Source: Stylophora pistillata
Lineage: Eukaryota
Length of the DNA: 64,000 nucleotides
Direction: 5' to 3'
NCBI RefSeq assembly: GCF_002571385.2
Contig: NW_019217906.1
Coordinates: 134,956 to 198,955, forward strand
Shown: one piece after another, positions 34,401 through 48,527 of the stretch
Position numbering within the stretch: the first letter of the stretch is position 1
Layout: each line of letters starts with the position of its first letter
Translations under genes and position numbers: made by a program
Notes under the pieces: model-generated
Told to the model about the DNA's origin: nothing
What the model saw: only the letters and a program-made list of their open reading frames with translations
Databases searched by the model: none

Positions 34401-37400
34401 AAAAAGTATAGTTTTATTGACCATTTACCAGATATGGGTAAGAAACAGGAGCCGAGTGTTCATTTCTGTAATTTAAAGTAAAAAACTGTTAGTACTATTA
34501 TTTCACTTAACTCAGAAGAGATTATAAATGTGCAAAATTTTTGTCATCAGAATTTTGAAATATGTGCTGGACATGTACATTTCTGTAATGATAGTGATAA
34601 AAAGCATTTACTATAAGGTTATTTATGCCATGATAACATTACAGAGTAGCTGAACGATGTGGTCTTATCTAAGTCAAGTTTAAGAAGAAGCAGGAAATTA
34701 CAGTCATAATTAAAACTAAAAATACATAATGGAGACAACAAATTTAATAAATTTAAATGTGTATTATTCAGAGGGAGTTTTTTTCAATTAATCATGTAAA
34801 ATTTTTAAACAAGCTTTTCATTCTTGCTTCATTGTCAAGCTTGTTCCAGAGTACAGTGCTCATGTATTGGATAGCTATGAGGCTATGCCACTGGGGCTTT
34901 TATCACAGATGTGTGTGTTAGGGGTTTGTTCAGTCCAATACTTTCCTTAATCTGTCATAGATATAATCATTAAGAATATACTTATCTTGTGAATCAGCAG
35001 CTATGAATATACATGAAGGATTGTTCAGGATGGGGCAAGTATTCAACTATACCTATCCTTAACAATTACACAGGTAGCAGAGTAAATAAACAATGGTTCC
35101 TTGTAAAAGATAGTAAACAAGACATCAATGCTGTGTTGACGATGACACCCTGGAGCTCACAATCTGTGATTCCCTTTACCAAAGCCACAAAGAAAACTTT
35201 GAAAGAACTTTTCTCACTGTTGCAGGTTTGAATTTCCTTCAAATCAAGCTATGTATCTTTACAACTGGCAAAGCAAAGTTGTAATTATATAAATTTTTAA
35301 CAGTTCATCTGTATTGCACTTTAATCTCAAGGTTTTCAATGGCAATAGGCCATTTCCAAATTCCAGGTGGTCTCTTTTTCAAAACTAGGCCTGGTGCTCA
35401 ACACTTCTTGTGACAATGAATTTAACTTGCATTTGAATGAAAACGTATCATCTTATGACAGCTAGGATGAGCACCAGGAGTCACTTTGGAAAAGAGGCCA
35501 AGGGTAGTTCCGAAATGGGCTATTAAAATTCTAGGAAGTTTAATTTCCTTAATTTGCTGCAAAAAAACTTTGATCATTTTCAACAATGATACCTCATTTG
35601 TTTCCTAGTAGAAAACTCTTGGTCTACCCTAGAGAGCCATTTGTTACTTAAATGCTGGTAACAGTCAAGTACTTCTTTAAAGAATGGCCTCAGTACTGTA
35701 ATTATGATAAACTCATGAAAATAATAGCGAAAATATATCTGTACTTATACTGTGCATATTTTAACTTGCATATGTGCACTTACACTTTACTGACATGTTT
35801 TTTTGATGCTACTTTCCTTTGCCAGTATCCTTACCTTTTTCCATTGATGAACATTGACTATATCTGTACTTATACTGTACATATTTTAACTTGTATATGT
35901 GCACTTACAGTTTACTGATATGTTTTTTTAATGCTACTTTCTTTTGCCAGTATCCCTACCTTTTTCCATTGATGAGCATTGACTTTGTATTTAGTCACAA
36001 CCTTGTGATGTTCATCCATCCATACCGATCTGCTGGATCATTAAAAGATCTCATATATGGGGTATGTGAGTAGAGAGGCAGTGAAACTTTACAACCAAAA
36101 TGCGCATATGTTGTTCAATGTTTATTTTGTTGATGTAACAAGTTTAATTTTAACCTTGGTATTATTATTAGAATTTGTGTGTCTTAAATTTTAAATGTTT
36201 GATATTTTAAAACTTCCCCACTCCTGATCTGTTAAAATATAAACCACGGCTTATTGAATTCAGTTTGTCGTTTCCTAGGTTTCAAATCATATTTGGTGAT
36301 GATGATGATGAAACTTTATTAAGGTGTCTAAAGAAACCTCCTAGCTTAGGTTAGAAACCTGTGCTAATTAGGGGACACAACATAAATAAATATAAATTAA
36401 AGTAAAAGTATTTAAATATAAGCGTAAGTATAAATGATATCAATATTTACAGTATGACAAATGTATTTTTGAATTACAAAGATGACAGCACTTGCATCCA
36501 TAATCCATTAGTATAACTAAATCTAATATACGTATTTTGTTTTTGAAACATTTTAAGATGGTAACTTCTCTCAAGTCTGGGGATAATTTTCCCCAGAGAC
36601 TGGGCCCTAAATGGCGGAGGGAGTGCTTGCCATATGTTACTGTATTGTACCTGGCAGCGGAGAAATCAAACTGCCTTAGGTTATAGTTAGATCTATGCTT
36701 AATAAAAATGTCATTAATATAGGAGGGACATAGATTATCCTTGGCTTTATACATTAAAACACAAACGTCTTGGAAAGTTCCGCCGTCAGTTGACCTTAAG
36801 CCTTTGCTTTTCTCGTTATGCAAGCAGGAGAAGCTTAATCGAGCCGTAAGTTAGCCAAGGGAGTGGGGCAAAAGCAAGGAAGAAAAGCGATGAGCCAGGA
36901 GGGGACGAGGTAAAAAAGAAAGGAAAGTTTCCCTACCTTGTGCTCTTCCCTTTTTTTCCCTCACTCTCGCCTCATGCCCTTGCAGGACTGACAGTTTGCT
37001 CGTCGAGTTTCTTCCCCTTGGATAAAGGGAGACAGTGAGGCCCTGTACATAGGCTGCAGTTGACTTGAAAACATAAACCTGATTCGTAAAGAGGATAACT
37101 TAGTAGGAACGGAAAATTTTTCAATCCCGTCGTCATATCTGATAAAGAATGTAAACAGTGCTTTTCATAATGCGCTGGCTTGTTGATTTTGCCAGGTTTT
37201 TCCATGTTTAGTTTTGTAAACGCATTTATGCATCATCGTTGCTTAAAATTCTTTGCGTTACCTCCAGTCTCGTCCACAGTCATCTTGGGATGAAAAGTAC
37301 CAAGTGAAGGGAAAAGCTCTTTCCCTTACGCAAATTCGTAATTTTGGGCGACAAGTCTTAGAGGTAAAATTCAAGCTGCCTTTTGTAAATCATAATAAAA

Positions 37401-40400
37401 GCAAAGTAATATGTACGTAAGGCTGTCGCAATATAGAGTATTTCCTACATGCCTACCAACTGCTTCCCAAGCTAGTTCGTATTTTTTGTGCATTCGTTTT
37501 CTTCTTTACTTTGTGTTCTTTCGTTCTCCTGTTGTTTATCCTTTTTTTTATTCTCTTCTTTATTTGTTCTTTTCGGTCTCAAGTTCATTCACTCGTGAAT
37601 TTTTTCTTTCCTCGTTTCGCTCTTCTCTCACCAATGTGAAAAGGGGGTACGTTTCTAAAGAAACTGTGACGCAGCGTCCGTAGGGGGCGAAACTAGATCA
37701 AGATAGCTTGATCATTTGAATTGATAATGTAATTTGACCACCGTTAGGACTCTCAAAAGCTGATGTTTGGAGTGTTAGCCTTTTGTCAGGGCGAATGGCG
37801 AAGGGCTTTGACGAATGGCCAACGCTGGAAACGTCAGGTTTTAAAAGAAACTTCTTACGGTGGCTAATTTGCATTATCAATTCAGTCAATAAAATCAAAT
37901 TATCAATATCTAATGTGGCCGCGCATGCAATACGCAATCTGCAGAGTGCCTTTTTGAGTTTGTTTGCTGAGGTTCTCAACTTCACCAGTTTCTTTGTTGT
38001 CTTTTAACTTGTGAACAGGCGCTGGTTTATCTGAGAGACAAGGGCCTCCCAAGATGTGGTCATGTTCACTCTGGAAATATCTTTGTAATCAATGGAACGG
38101 CTAAGTAAGTCAACTAAGATTCTTCGGAAGTACATAATGGCGTAAGCTCCAAACTAATTCCAGAAAAATCAGTCACAAACTTTCTCGCCTTCCATGGAAC
38201 TAATGAATTATATTACAGAGGTCTTCCCTGCACTTTCAGGTTTTAACATGAATTACTTCTGCCGGTGTTTGATGGTATTGTACAATCCTTCCCTCATAGA
38301 GAAATTTCCTACAAGTACTGCAGCACTTCACCAGGCGGGATCACGTCTGTGTACTTAGCATCTGTTTGTTTATTGGTATCTTGAATGTTTTTACGTTTTG
38401 AAAGGAAACATTTACTGTGTACTATGTACAGACATAGTACATGTGTTAGAGTGGCACCTGTAATGAATCACCCTAAATTTTTTCGGTGAAGCAATATCAA
38501 TCAAGCGACTTACTTGCCTAATTTCTGTTCGTAGGCTTTCTGGCTTTGAAAATTCTTTGTTTGGCTGGAAGTCAAGGCTTTATCCTACCATTAAAAAGCT
38601 TTTAAAAGACAAAGACGATGATATTGAAGTTATTCAGTTTGGTAAGGATGTAACTGATTTTAAAGATTCCAGTATACTCTAATCTATACTAAATTGTTGG
38701 CAGGCTCTCGTTGGCGTAGCGATACGATACGCGAAGATGGCGGTTTTCGAGTCGGCGAGCAATGCACATGCAAGAGATTCGAAAGGGTTCTCATTTTTTT
38801 CGCACCAGACCACTCACAGACCCCTCGCACGCACGCACGCTTCGCTCCTGGGCTCGAGTCTCGTCGTTTTCGCTGCTCGTTCTCAATGCATCGCCGATAA
38901 GAGCCTTCTTGTAGGCTGGATAGGTACGTGTTTTTCTGAGATTGCACTGAATTTACACGGATCTTCTCTGGGTCTTATTGGCTCCCTGTGAAGCTTCCTT
39001 TTTTTTCTGTTCGGCCGTTGTGGTTGCACGGTATTTGGTCTCACGACACTGGACAAGCAGGTACTCTCTTCAGTATATTACCTAGAGATCTTCGCCTCTA
39101 AAAACGCTATTACTCGTATCCTTCTTATACAGGACACCTGCTGTATGAAATGCTGGCGGGGTGGGAGTTGACCACAGCAGAACCAAGGAGAGAACAGCTG
39201 ATAAACTTTAGAAATACCCCAGTTGTGGAGGTTTGTAATTTGAATTTGTGCAGCATGAGGTTAAAACTTTCACTGATGAGATGATTTTCAGTCTCTTGTA
39301 ACGCTATGAATGGACGTTTGGAAAACTTAATGACGCCAATCGTTTAACCTTTTTGCAGGTTATAAATTTTATATTCTTTAATGAAAGTGAAATGTATCCA
39401 ACCTTGGATGAGGTAAGTGTGAATCTTATTCTTTGGTGGTCTTCCATTGTTGATGCAGGCATGCAAAATGCGCTTTGAATTTCTGATTTTAATGTATGAG
39501 ATCCTGTGCTACTGCTGATTTTTATACATATGGGAAAAAGGTTTCAAGTGATGGATGGTTTGGAAATATCTTTCACTAGAAAAGTTGCATATTCAGTTTT
39601 CAATACAATACAGTCTGTAGGCCTTTTAAATGGAGTTAAGTAAACTATACATAAGCAATCAGAATAGCTAATCGGGGGAAGGGTAAATAACGCAAGGAGC
39701 CAATAAGAACGCAAGTATATACTTGATTCAAAGATGCACCAAACACAGCCTTGGAATTCCATCCAATCACAGCTGAACATAACAACCTGAAGAAGACTAG
39801 CGGTATGCAGTGTAAACGTCGCGATTCGCGGCTTCCGAAGTGACCTCGTCGAGAGATAAACGATTACATTCTCTTTTAAATACATATTTCTGGCCTGAAG
39901 CGGGAAAGACGCAAGTGAGCCAGTCAGGGTTGGCTCGTTGTTTTGTTGCATCTTATTTCTTACGAGTGTGGTAAGAGATGGCTAAACCAATCAACGAAAC
40001 GGTTTCCATTTTAACAAAAGCAATACAATAGCAGATTACTTTGAACACTAAATTGAAAAGCAGTTTTGTTGTCTTTTAGCTTGTAGCTCATTCACTCTTC
40101 AAGGGAGGTGATATCAGTGGACTTAAAAAGTTTAACCCCGGTCCAGTGAGTGGAATACTCTTCTCTTATCTTCCTCCTTTTGCGTGTCTGTCTAGTTCCC
40201 GTCTGTCTTTTTCTATTCATTGAAAGACATTTTTTTGGACTTTGGACGACATTGAAATACCTCGCGCTGTAAATTGATTTTTTTTCTTTGTTTAGGTCCG
40301 TTTTAGTTCAAATGTGAAACAACTCCTTAAAATATACAGCAATGACGACGAGGAAAGACCAAGGTATAACTGATATTCTTAAACAGTTTTGTGCTATTTT

Positions 40401-41808
40401 TATAAACTATATATAATTATTGAAATCCTCTCGAATTCCTATGGGAAATTAAAGTCTTTAGACACACAAGTTCATTAATCTTTCATTGTTACTTTTTTAT
40501 TTGCTCCTTTATTCCTTAGTCCGTTCCATAGTTCTCGAGTTTCTTTTTTTCCCTCTATCAACCGCTTGCATCACACTTTACCTTAAAAAAAAATTAAATA
40601 AATAAATAAATTTTATCATGCAAAGTAAATGAACCCAGCAACTCGCTGTTTTGTTTGGTTTGCTTATATTTGACTTCTGTTTTTTTCTTTTCGTTTTAAA
40701 GGAAACGAAAAATGTCTTCGAGAAAATCAAAACTAGATGACGGCAAAGCAGTTAAGAAAGAGAAAAGCTCTTCCAAGTGAGTTACACAAAGTAATCCAGT
40801 TTAGATGACGCAAATGTCTTGCTGATAAACTTCAGGAGGGAAGCATCTTTAGTGTTTCAAGAGCATGCGTGACTGTCACGGCCCAGTTAACATTAAGTTT
40901 TAAGACTTCTTTATATGCGCAGTAGCTATATTTTTGCTGAAACATGTCGCACTGACTAAAGTAAAATTATCCTGCAACAAATTTAGGTGAAAACCTTCTT
41001 TGTCATTGTGCAACTTACTCTTATGATTAGTGCATCAGTACTGTGTTGTCTTACTGTCACAAAATAGCAAGTACATGAGACCATAGTGGATGCCAAATGG
41101 TAGAGGGTCCCTTCCAGCCGGATCTTATTCCTGTTCCGGGGGGAAGTCACTACTCCCCTGGATAGAATGTTCCTCCCCCCCGGATTTTTGTTCGGCTCCC
41201 CTGATAGTTTACCGGTACTCATTAATAATTCTGAGTGGAGAGTACTAGATGATTTCAGCTTATTTTCCCGCAAACAGTTCGTAATGACCGGCGAGGTCTT
41301 GCACCTGGAACCCTGGACCCGATGTCCAGCATGCTAATTGTAAGACCGCCCACCTTAAAGAGGCTGGAGTCAGGACTGTGAAATTATAGTGGGAGCAAGC
41401 CTTGCGTTGTGTCCTATACGAATAGAGGGAACTCGTTCCTGCCCTGTGCACCACGTGCGCTTGATGATAGATGAAGAAAAATATTAATCCCTCCCACATC
41501 CCACATTCAAATCCCTCCGTAATTATTGTTCTTCTATTTCCAGATCAAAAGCTAAACGTGCGTCTGTTGACGAAAAAAGTGTTCCGCCCGTTCAGTTCAT
41601 GGCGACCTATCCGCCGAAACCACCTCCGCCTCCCATCCCTAGAGAAGTACCACCCCCTCCTCAGTTAAAACGTCCACCAGTGTCTGTAGAAAAAGTTGCG
41701 CCACGACCTCCAAGCAGCTCTGGCCGAGGAGCACTCTTGAGTCAAATTCAAAGAGGTTCAAGGCTAAAAGCAACCAAAACGAACGACAGAAGCGCCCCGC
41801 GAGTGTGA
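31416..41808 (+). CDS. Slob/PXK-like pseudokinase with N-terminal TM helix, Pro-rich region and C-terminal WH2, ~488 aa
   Basis: Fifteen exons: 31416-31454, 33023-33093, 33996-34096, 34360-34437, 35074-35225, 35951-36061, 37268-37363, 38019-38104, 38535-38641, 39133-39230, 39359-39412, 40080-40145, 40296-40363, 40702-40776, 41544-41808. Motifs DMGSRVNKQWFLV, GSLKDLIY, GRQVLEAL, GHVHSGN, LSGFEN, FGHLLYEM; WH2 GRGALLSQIQRGSRLKATKTNDRSAP. Confidence 0.88.
32192..32813. mobile_element. piggyBac-like non-autonomous element
   Basis: TTAA at both ends with imperfect TIRs cctattga / ttaatggg. Confidence 0.5.
35735..35985 (+). repeat. 125-bp tandem duplication of an intron end + exon start
   Basis: ...tttgccagTATCC(T/C)TACCTTTTTCCATTGATGA..ATTGACT, with exon starts at 35826 and 35951. 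Confidence 0.9.
36298..36775 (-). mobile_element. 5'-truncated LINE (CR1/L2-group) 3' end
   Basis: ORF2 C-terminus LMYKA...CPSYI..IF...YNLR...YNTVTYGKHSLRHLGPSLWGKLS.DLR...FK.KI, followed by a 3' UTR and (CAT)n tail. Confidence 0.8.
41100..41352 (-). mobile_element. Degenerate tRNA-derived SINE (CORE/V-like)
   Basis: The minus strand reads a decayed tRNA head (ggcggtctt...tagcatgctggac...ggttcc), then ctctccactcag...aatgagtaccgg and caggggagtag...gaataagatccggc, typical of SINE central and 3' domains. Confidence 0.5.
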
Positions 41809-43506
41809 ACAGCAGCTGCTGATTTTAGTCGATTATTGAATGATGCAGGACATTAGTTAATCCTGTGTGTGACATTGATGCCACCGCTTTGCAGAGGACG
41901 TAAAAATAAGTGCAAGGTCTGTTTGTGCAGGAGATGAAAGTGAGAGACAAGTTTTCTGAAATAAGCTCAATTTGTTGATGTACTTTTGACGTGTCGAAGT
42001 TCAAACTGGCAATCGTAGCTAAAATGAAACTTTTCCGTTTTGAATTTGTGATTTTTTTCAAAAGATGCTCTGAATAGAGCTATTTTAAATGCCATCATCA
42101 TCATCGCCATTTTATCTTTTTTTTTTTTTAAATATTAGTTTAGTCATCCGTTCTGAATTTCTAAAGATTATGGAGAAATCTCAAGTTCCGGCTCGGACAG
42201 CTGATCTCAAAAATGGCAGCAGTGAGAACTCATTATTACTCATTAGTAATGGAAATTACAAAAAAAATTATTTCAATTGCCAAGCAAATCAAAATTAATA
42301 TATGATTTCAAATTACAAAATTTTTATTTTACGGTCACGTAAAGAGACCAATGAAAATAGAGAATGTGCGTTGGGTAAATTTGTTTGTTTCAAAAGCCAT
42401 GTGGGATCGTATTTCAGGTGGCATGTAGCAGATTGCTCGTCCAAACACAGGTTTCCTTCCGGTGAGAGGAGAAAAATGTCCATAGTACGTGTATCGTTTT
42501 TAATGCGTCCCAATATTGCGATCATTACGTCAGGCTCTGTGCAGTTGCTACAGTGTCAGCGATCCTACAAGTTTTTAAACCGGTAAAAGACTCAACAAAG
42601 CCAGAGTTTGTTCACTTGTTCCATTTTATGATTGTGTGCTGAAGTGCTTTTTCTCCTTCAGCGCCTGAAAGGTCTGTCTCTTCAGAAAATGAAATCTCCA
42701 AGTAGAGTTAGATCTTTTTTAGCACGTCACGCAAGGAGTGTCCGCGTGACAAGGCTCAACAACAGCTACATGAAGACTAGCCGGATAGTGTTTACTCACT
42801 AAATTTACTTCTTTTGTATTCTATTGCAATCAATCCTTGTTTTTAACTTTGCGAGGAAACTTAGGCAATAACAATGAAATAAGTTCTTTTTTAGATAGAG
42901 AAAGAGAGTAGATTGTCAGTGTTTTTGTTAGTTAATGTGATGTTATAGAAGATATTTATTTGCTCAGTTTGAAAGCTTCTAATCGCTTTTTAATTGACTA
43001 AAGGCTAAAGATAAATTATAAGTACTTTATGCAATATATCGTCATTAATACATGACGTAATCATTTACAAGGAAAAGGGCATTCAATGCATTGCTACTGC
43101 TCGCATTGTTTTTCAAGTCATTCGCTCTCCTTGTAAAGAAGGATCTTTTGCACTTATTTTTTGTAATTATTTTTCGAAAGGAAAAATGAAAGAAATTTTG
43201 GATTTTTAAACATATAGTGTTCATTTATTTTTATAAGCTTTCTTCAAAACATCAGTTTTCACAATTTCTTCGATATGCAACAGGATGACTTTGAAGCAGA
43301 AATAAAACTCATCATTGAATGTCTTCTGTACTGTAATAAAATTGCAAAAAAATTAATAAATGAAATGTTTGTCTGTTGCTTGATATCCTACGTCACGAAA
43401 GTACCAGAAAATTTTAACCATTTAACCCCAAGAAGTGATAAACATGTAACTTCTCCCTATAACATCCAAATATTATTTAGCAAATAGGCAATGAGAATAT
43501 TCAAAC

Positions 43507-43825
43507 TTATTACATGACTCGGGCAGTCAGAGAGCCAATAACTAAAATCAACCAATCAATATGCTCAATTGCCGGTCAATATTCTCTCAGTATTGGACTA
43601 GCCACTGTTCCGAATGGTCCTGAACGATACCGCACTTGTGTCCCTTTGAAATTCAGTCGTATAATAAATCGCTTATTAACCAAGCTTGCTCGGGACCGTA
43701 CTGGAAGAATATCGGCCTTCGGTCTTTTTTGTACGGACCTCGCTGCGCTCGGTCCGTGCTGTCAAGACCTCGGGCCGATATTCTCCCAGTACGGCCCTCG
43801 CGCTTGGTTAGTAAGATATATTTAT
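43507..43825 (+). repeat. Second copy of the 21008-21326 element, nested in a piggyBac-like MITE
   Basis: It interrupts the 43414-43932 MITE at a ...ctta|tca... site (compare the uninterrupted copy at 30304-30517) and is flanked by TTA. Confidence 0.85.
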
Positions 43826-44899
43826 CAAATAGAAGTTGTTATCGTGATCTAACATCGAATTCTTGTGACGAATTTACATGAAGCAGCTGGAGGGGAGAAT
43901 TAACTATTAGATCCTAAGAATGAAAGGGTTCACAAAACAGTCACAACATTTTCCAAGATAAAAAGAAAGGGAAACGTCTTCCAGCTCTGAATGAGCATGT
44001 TAGTCCCACGAAATTCGAGAGGGCCCCTTAAACTAATTTTGAAGAATGGCAAAATGAATTTTAAAAAGGAATCAAAGGTAAAACCGTACGGGAAAGATTT
44101 CACTCGTAGGGTATTCATTACGCACGTCAGTGTTATTGTTAATTATTTTACGACTGTCCTGAGCTTAAGGATCAACTAGAGAATATGTATTCGACATGAT
44201 GATGATTATTTTGTCTCATTTAACACGTAACAGTTCACCAACATAGAGTAGAAGGAAGAAGCTGTCCGACCACTGCTTTCTCATGGATCAGTAACCACAC
44301 TAATATAATTTGAATGAAACAAAAACAGACAAGTATAGAGAATGGAGAGCAGAAATGATAAGCCTGGCAGAATTTTGTTTTCTATCTCTTAAATGTCTTT
44401 TTGCGAAACGTTTCTAGTTAAACGTGTCTAGCAGGTTGAAATGGCTAAAACAAAAAGCCGTAGCTCATTTTTTTTAAATCTCGTTGATTGACATCTTCAA
44501 TTCTTTTTACCCAATGTAAATCTGATCCCTTTAAAACATTTAAGATAAAAGGATCCCACTAGAGTGCTTATCTCCTCTAGACGCGAAAATCAACCAGTGT
44601 ATTATCATCTGTCAAAAAAATGTAAATACGGTATATCCTTTTAAAACATGAATATTCGACTGAATTTAAATTTCCGGAAGCACATCTGGCTCGCGCTGTC
44701 TAAAGCGACAGCCTCTCAAAAACATTAAAAGGAATTGCGCTTCGAGAGGGCATTTTGAGAGAGCTTCAATCAAAGCATCGGCTCATGGTAGAAATGCTAC
44801 CAGTTCTCGTCTTGTTGTTTGTGGTGCTCGCTTAGACTTAATTTTTCGTCCTCTTCCTGGTGAAAAGGAGAAGAAGAAGAGGAAAGGAAAAGACTTAAA

Positions 44900-46854
44900 A
44901 TGTTTCTGGTGGTATTTACGCGTTTTGGACATCTACACCATGACGTTGGAGTGCTATTTTTAATTATCTCGAGTCAATTCGTGATTTCGTTTACAACCTC
45001 GTCAACGTCCTCTCCGAAAACCACAAACACTGCAGAGATTTTATCCAGAAAAACGACCAGACATGCCTCCAGCGCCCAACAAAGCCAACCAGCAAACAAT
45101 TCACAAATATTTAGTTCAACGACGACAATTTTTCTGACAACAGCGACAGAAAATCAGAGTTCCGTGAGTGAAAGTTTAGTCAAGAGACGTCGATGTTCCC
45201 GTGAACGTAACGAGGACTGTCCTAAATTTGTCGATAGATATTCGTCATTTTATCTGAAGGTGGGTCCAAAAAATGCGAAATTAAATTGTGTGGTTTTTAG
45301 ATCTGAAATACCTTGTATATCATGCAATTAGCGCGCGGCTTGACATATTATTTAGAAAATATCAAAAACAGTTCATGAAGTTTAGCGTATTCATATATTC
45401 AATTCATGGTGCTCTCTTTGATAATCATTACAAGATTCTATCGAAGAGGAGTTTGAAAAATATTCAGATACTAATAATGCGTATAAACATCATCTATCCA
45501 CAAACCTCAGGGGAAAGCTCAAGCATAGATACGAAAAAAGGTTTGTTCGGTTTGGGTGGGTGTCTTGAATACTGAAATTGCATTAGGACTTAGCCATAGA
45601 AGTTAATAACTTTTTTCTTCTCAATATTAAACGACTTACAGAGTGAATCATGGATATAAATGTATTTATTTTAATAGATTATTTTCAAAAAAGGAGTTTT
45701 CTATTCCATTTTCATCCTCTCATTACGCTAAAAATGTCTGTTTTTCTTCAAAGTTGGCTGGAAGAAGTTATTGTTTACGAATATTTTCAATTATTAACTG
45801 AACAAAATTATCTGGCCTTTCGGAGGGGCAGCTCTTTCTTCGAATCAAATGAAATGAAATTAGAAGTCGGATACGAATATTTTTGAAAGACCCAATGATT
45901 CGGCATTGTTAAAAAAAATACACAGTTTAGTTGGCAACCTTAGATTGGGTTTCTTTTTGAGTGGAAGAGAATTTAAATCAGCTTTCCTTCCCCTAGTGTT
46001 TATTCCTGTTCATGTGTTTTATTGTGCATAATCAATTTAAAACTCAAAAACTTGTTTTGACTAAAGCTTCTAAATCTTGATTTATTCCACTTTGAAATAA
46101 CCCTCGGGGACAAAATCAAAACTTTGAAAATGAAACCACAGCTCCCGTTGAACTTGCGGCCTATGGTTCGCTCAAAAAAACTTGAGCAATAATTGCGGCT
46201 TTTGTGAACAACAGAGAAACAACTCTATACAGAGCTGAAACATTCGACAAAACAGCAGATGCGACAAAGCATTTATAAGGAAACCGCATCGGACATCACA
46301 AATTGCAATCCATTATATTCGAAAAAAATTTCCTAAATACTTCTAAAATCTAATTCAAAAGGCAACATTACTCTGAGAAGTCTTTAAAGCTCAGCACGTG
46401 CTTTTTTGATTGAAGCAAGTGAATTATGCGTAAAAAAATTCGACTCAGTTGCACGTTTTATTCGGCTATACTAGTATGAATGATAAATTTCTTAAACTGG
46501 AATAGTGCAAAACTGAAGATGGCTCCCTGTGATGTTTTCTTTTGTTCCTATCGGCTGTTATAATTGCTATAATGTAATTTTCACGTAAGTGAATCGAGCA
46601 AACTCGGTGTCCAAAATGCTGGGGGCTGTGTTTGAATGTTACTGATGCCCTCACTTTTAAGTTTGATCCAAGTTTGTATTGGTTGACAGATTGGAGGCTG
46701 GTTAATGCTGGGTATCGTTTTGGCGGGAATCACGGCGCTCGGTGTCACGCACTTCTTGGGGATGAGAACAATGCACAGACCAAGGAGAAGAGAACTGTCA
46801 CGCATTTTGTGGGTTGAAGCTCGTACAAAGTCTAAACTGGCCAGATTTGTTTGA
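44900..46854 (+). CDS. Unknown type I membrane protein with an S/T-rich (mucin-like) ectodomain, paralogue 1, 174 aa
   Basis: Exon 1 44900-45259 (hydrophobic leader, S/T-rich, C-x7-C, ends FYLK|gt). Exon 2 46690-46854 reads IGGWLMLGIVLAGITALGVTHFLGMRTMHRPRRRELSRILWVEARTKSKLARFV*. Phase-0 intron; the paralogue at 53822-56557 supports the model. Confidence 0.8.
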
Positions 46855-46982
46855 CAGAAGTATCTGGCATCGTGCAAAAAATTAATTAAGACAAATTGCC
46901 CAGTCCATCCGAAAGCCTGAGATGCAGACATTAAAGAGAAAGAGCTACCGGTTGTTACCATTGTAACTCCATACAAGTGGAC

Positions 46983-47202
46983 AATAGTCCTTTTTACAGT
47001 TGTGGGCTTGGTGGTCAAGCCTTTGAACAGAAGTGAGGCTAAGGGTGACCCTGTTGTGATAGAGACCTGTATCTAGTTAGCACGATAACAAAGAAATTTG
47101 AATTTGAAAAGCAGCAACATCTCTATCATAACAAGGTCACCCTTAGCCTCACTCCTGTTCAAAGGCTTGGCTACCAAGCCCACAACTGTAAAAAGGACTA
47201 TT
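46983..47202. mobile_element. Long-TIR hairpin MITE
   Basis: aatagtcctttttacagttgtgggcttggt...accaagcccacaactgtaaaaaggactatt; homologous to 25622-25841. Confidence 0.85.
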
Positions 47203-48527
47203 GAGAAAAGAAATATCTTATTCAATTGTACGTGTAGACTGAATGGAACCCTAAGACAGAGTTTCAAAGTGATTTAAAGACTTTTGAAGAGTTTCACCAT
47301 CAATGGAGAACATGTTATGCAATCTTCAAGATGAGAAAAAAAATAGATATTTTTCGGTTCTTTTCCGAGGTTTATAAAGTTGCAGCTTACTTGCAAGGAT
47401 CATGGTTTAAACAGATAAGAGGCGCACTGCTTTCTTTACCTATTAATAGCATGTGCTGACCATTATTAGAGAAATATGTCAACCTAAATGTGTCATCAAA
47501 ATTTGGAATCAATGCGACTTTTAAGAGCCAACGGAATTCAAGGAAAGATACTAGAACGAAACAAGTTCATGGAGAGCAAATAAATAGAGGTGCATCTTAT
47601 CAAGAGTTTACAGGAGAATGGTCGAAACTGTAACTTTTATGTTTTACAAAAGGTGAAAATTCTCATTATCATGACTGTTAGCACTGAGGCGAGGGTTGAT
47701 AAAAGAAGTGTACAAAAGAATATTTGTTTTTTGGTTAAACTTTAAAGACAGCGCGTACCTCTGCATTAATATTGTAAAAAGATTGTGGTTATTCATCGCG
47801 GTGAAAACCAACAATTACTGATGATAAAATTTTATGGTTTGTCTCAAAATGTTGCCATTTTTGTCATGTGGATCGCGACTTATCGACTACGTACGGACTG
47901 AAGAAAACCAACAGCTTTATGGTCAGTGGGTACCTCTCGCGAGACATGCGTGAAACAAAGTCTAACACTTCCATGTTAGAAAGTACATTACTCTCAAGCT
48001 CAGGTTTGGACATAAGGAAAGTAAGTGTCTCCTTTGAAAGACCTACTCCTTGAGAAGACAAAGGAGCAGCAGACTAGTTTAAGGACTTGTTCGATTTTCC
48101 CTTACTCTCATCGATCTACGAGACTTTTGTTAAGCCATTCATCGAATGGGCTACCATCGATCAACAATAAACAACGGCTAAAGTTTCTTTAAATAACCGG
48201 CCCTTTAAGTTTGGTTTCGTTTGGTCCAGGATTAAAAGTTGTCCTTGAATTCTCTTGAAATGGAGCGTATATTGAGGGGATTACCTTAGCGCAAGAGGAA
48301 ATTGAAGGAAAAAATATGAACAATTAAAACTGTCTGCAAACCTGCAAAACTAAATCAGAAATCGTTGGCTAACCCTCACTTAGCTCAATCGTGCTTTGAA
48401 CGAAGCAGTCGACTTGCCTCTCCAGCTCAACTTAAGAAATGTAGCAAAATATTTACAACAATCTTGACTAGTAATTAAAAAGACTGCACTTGCTCTTCCC
48501 TTGCGACCTCTTCCCACTTGCTCTTCC

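Noticed and set aside
45754-45801. Alternative short second exon (LAGRSYCLRIFSIIN*) for the 44900 gene
   Set aside because: 46690-46854 is clearly homologous to the paralogue's TM exon; this one has no independent support.
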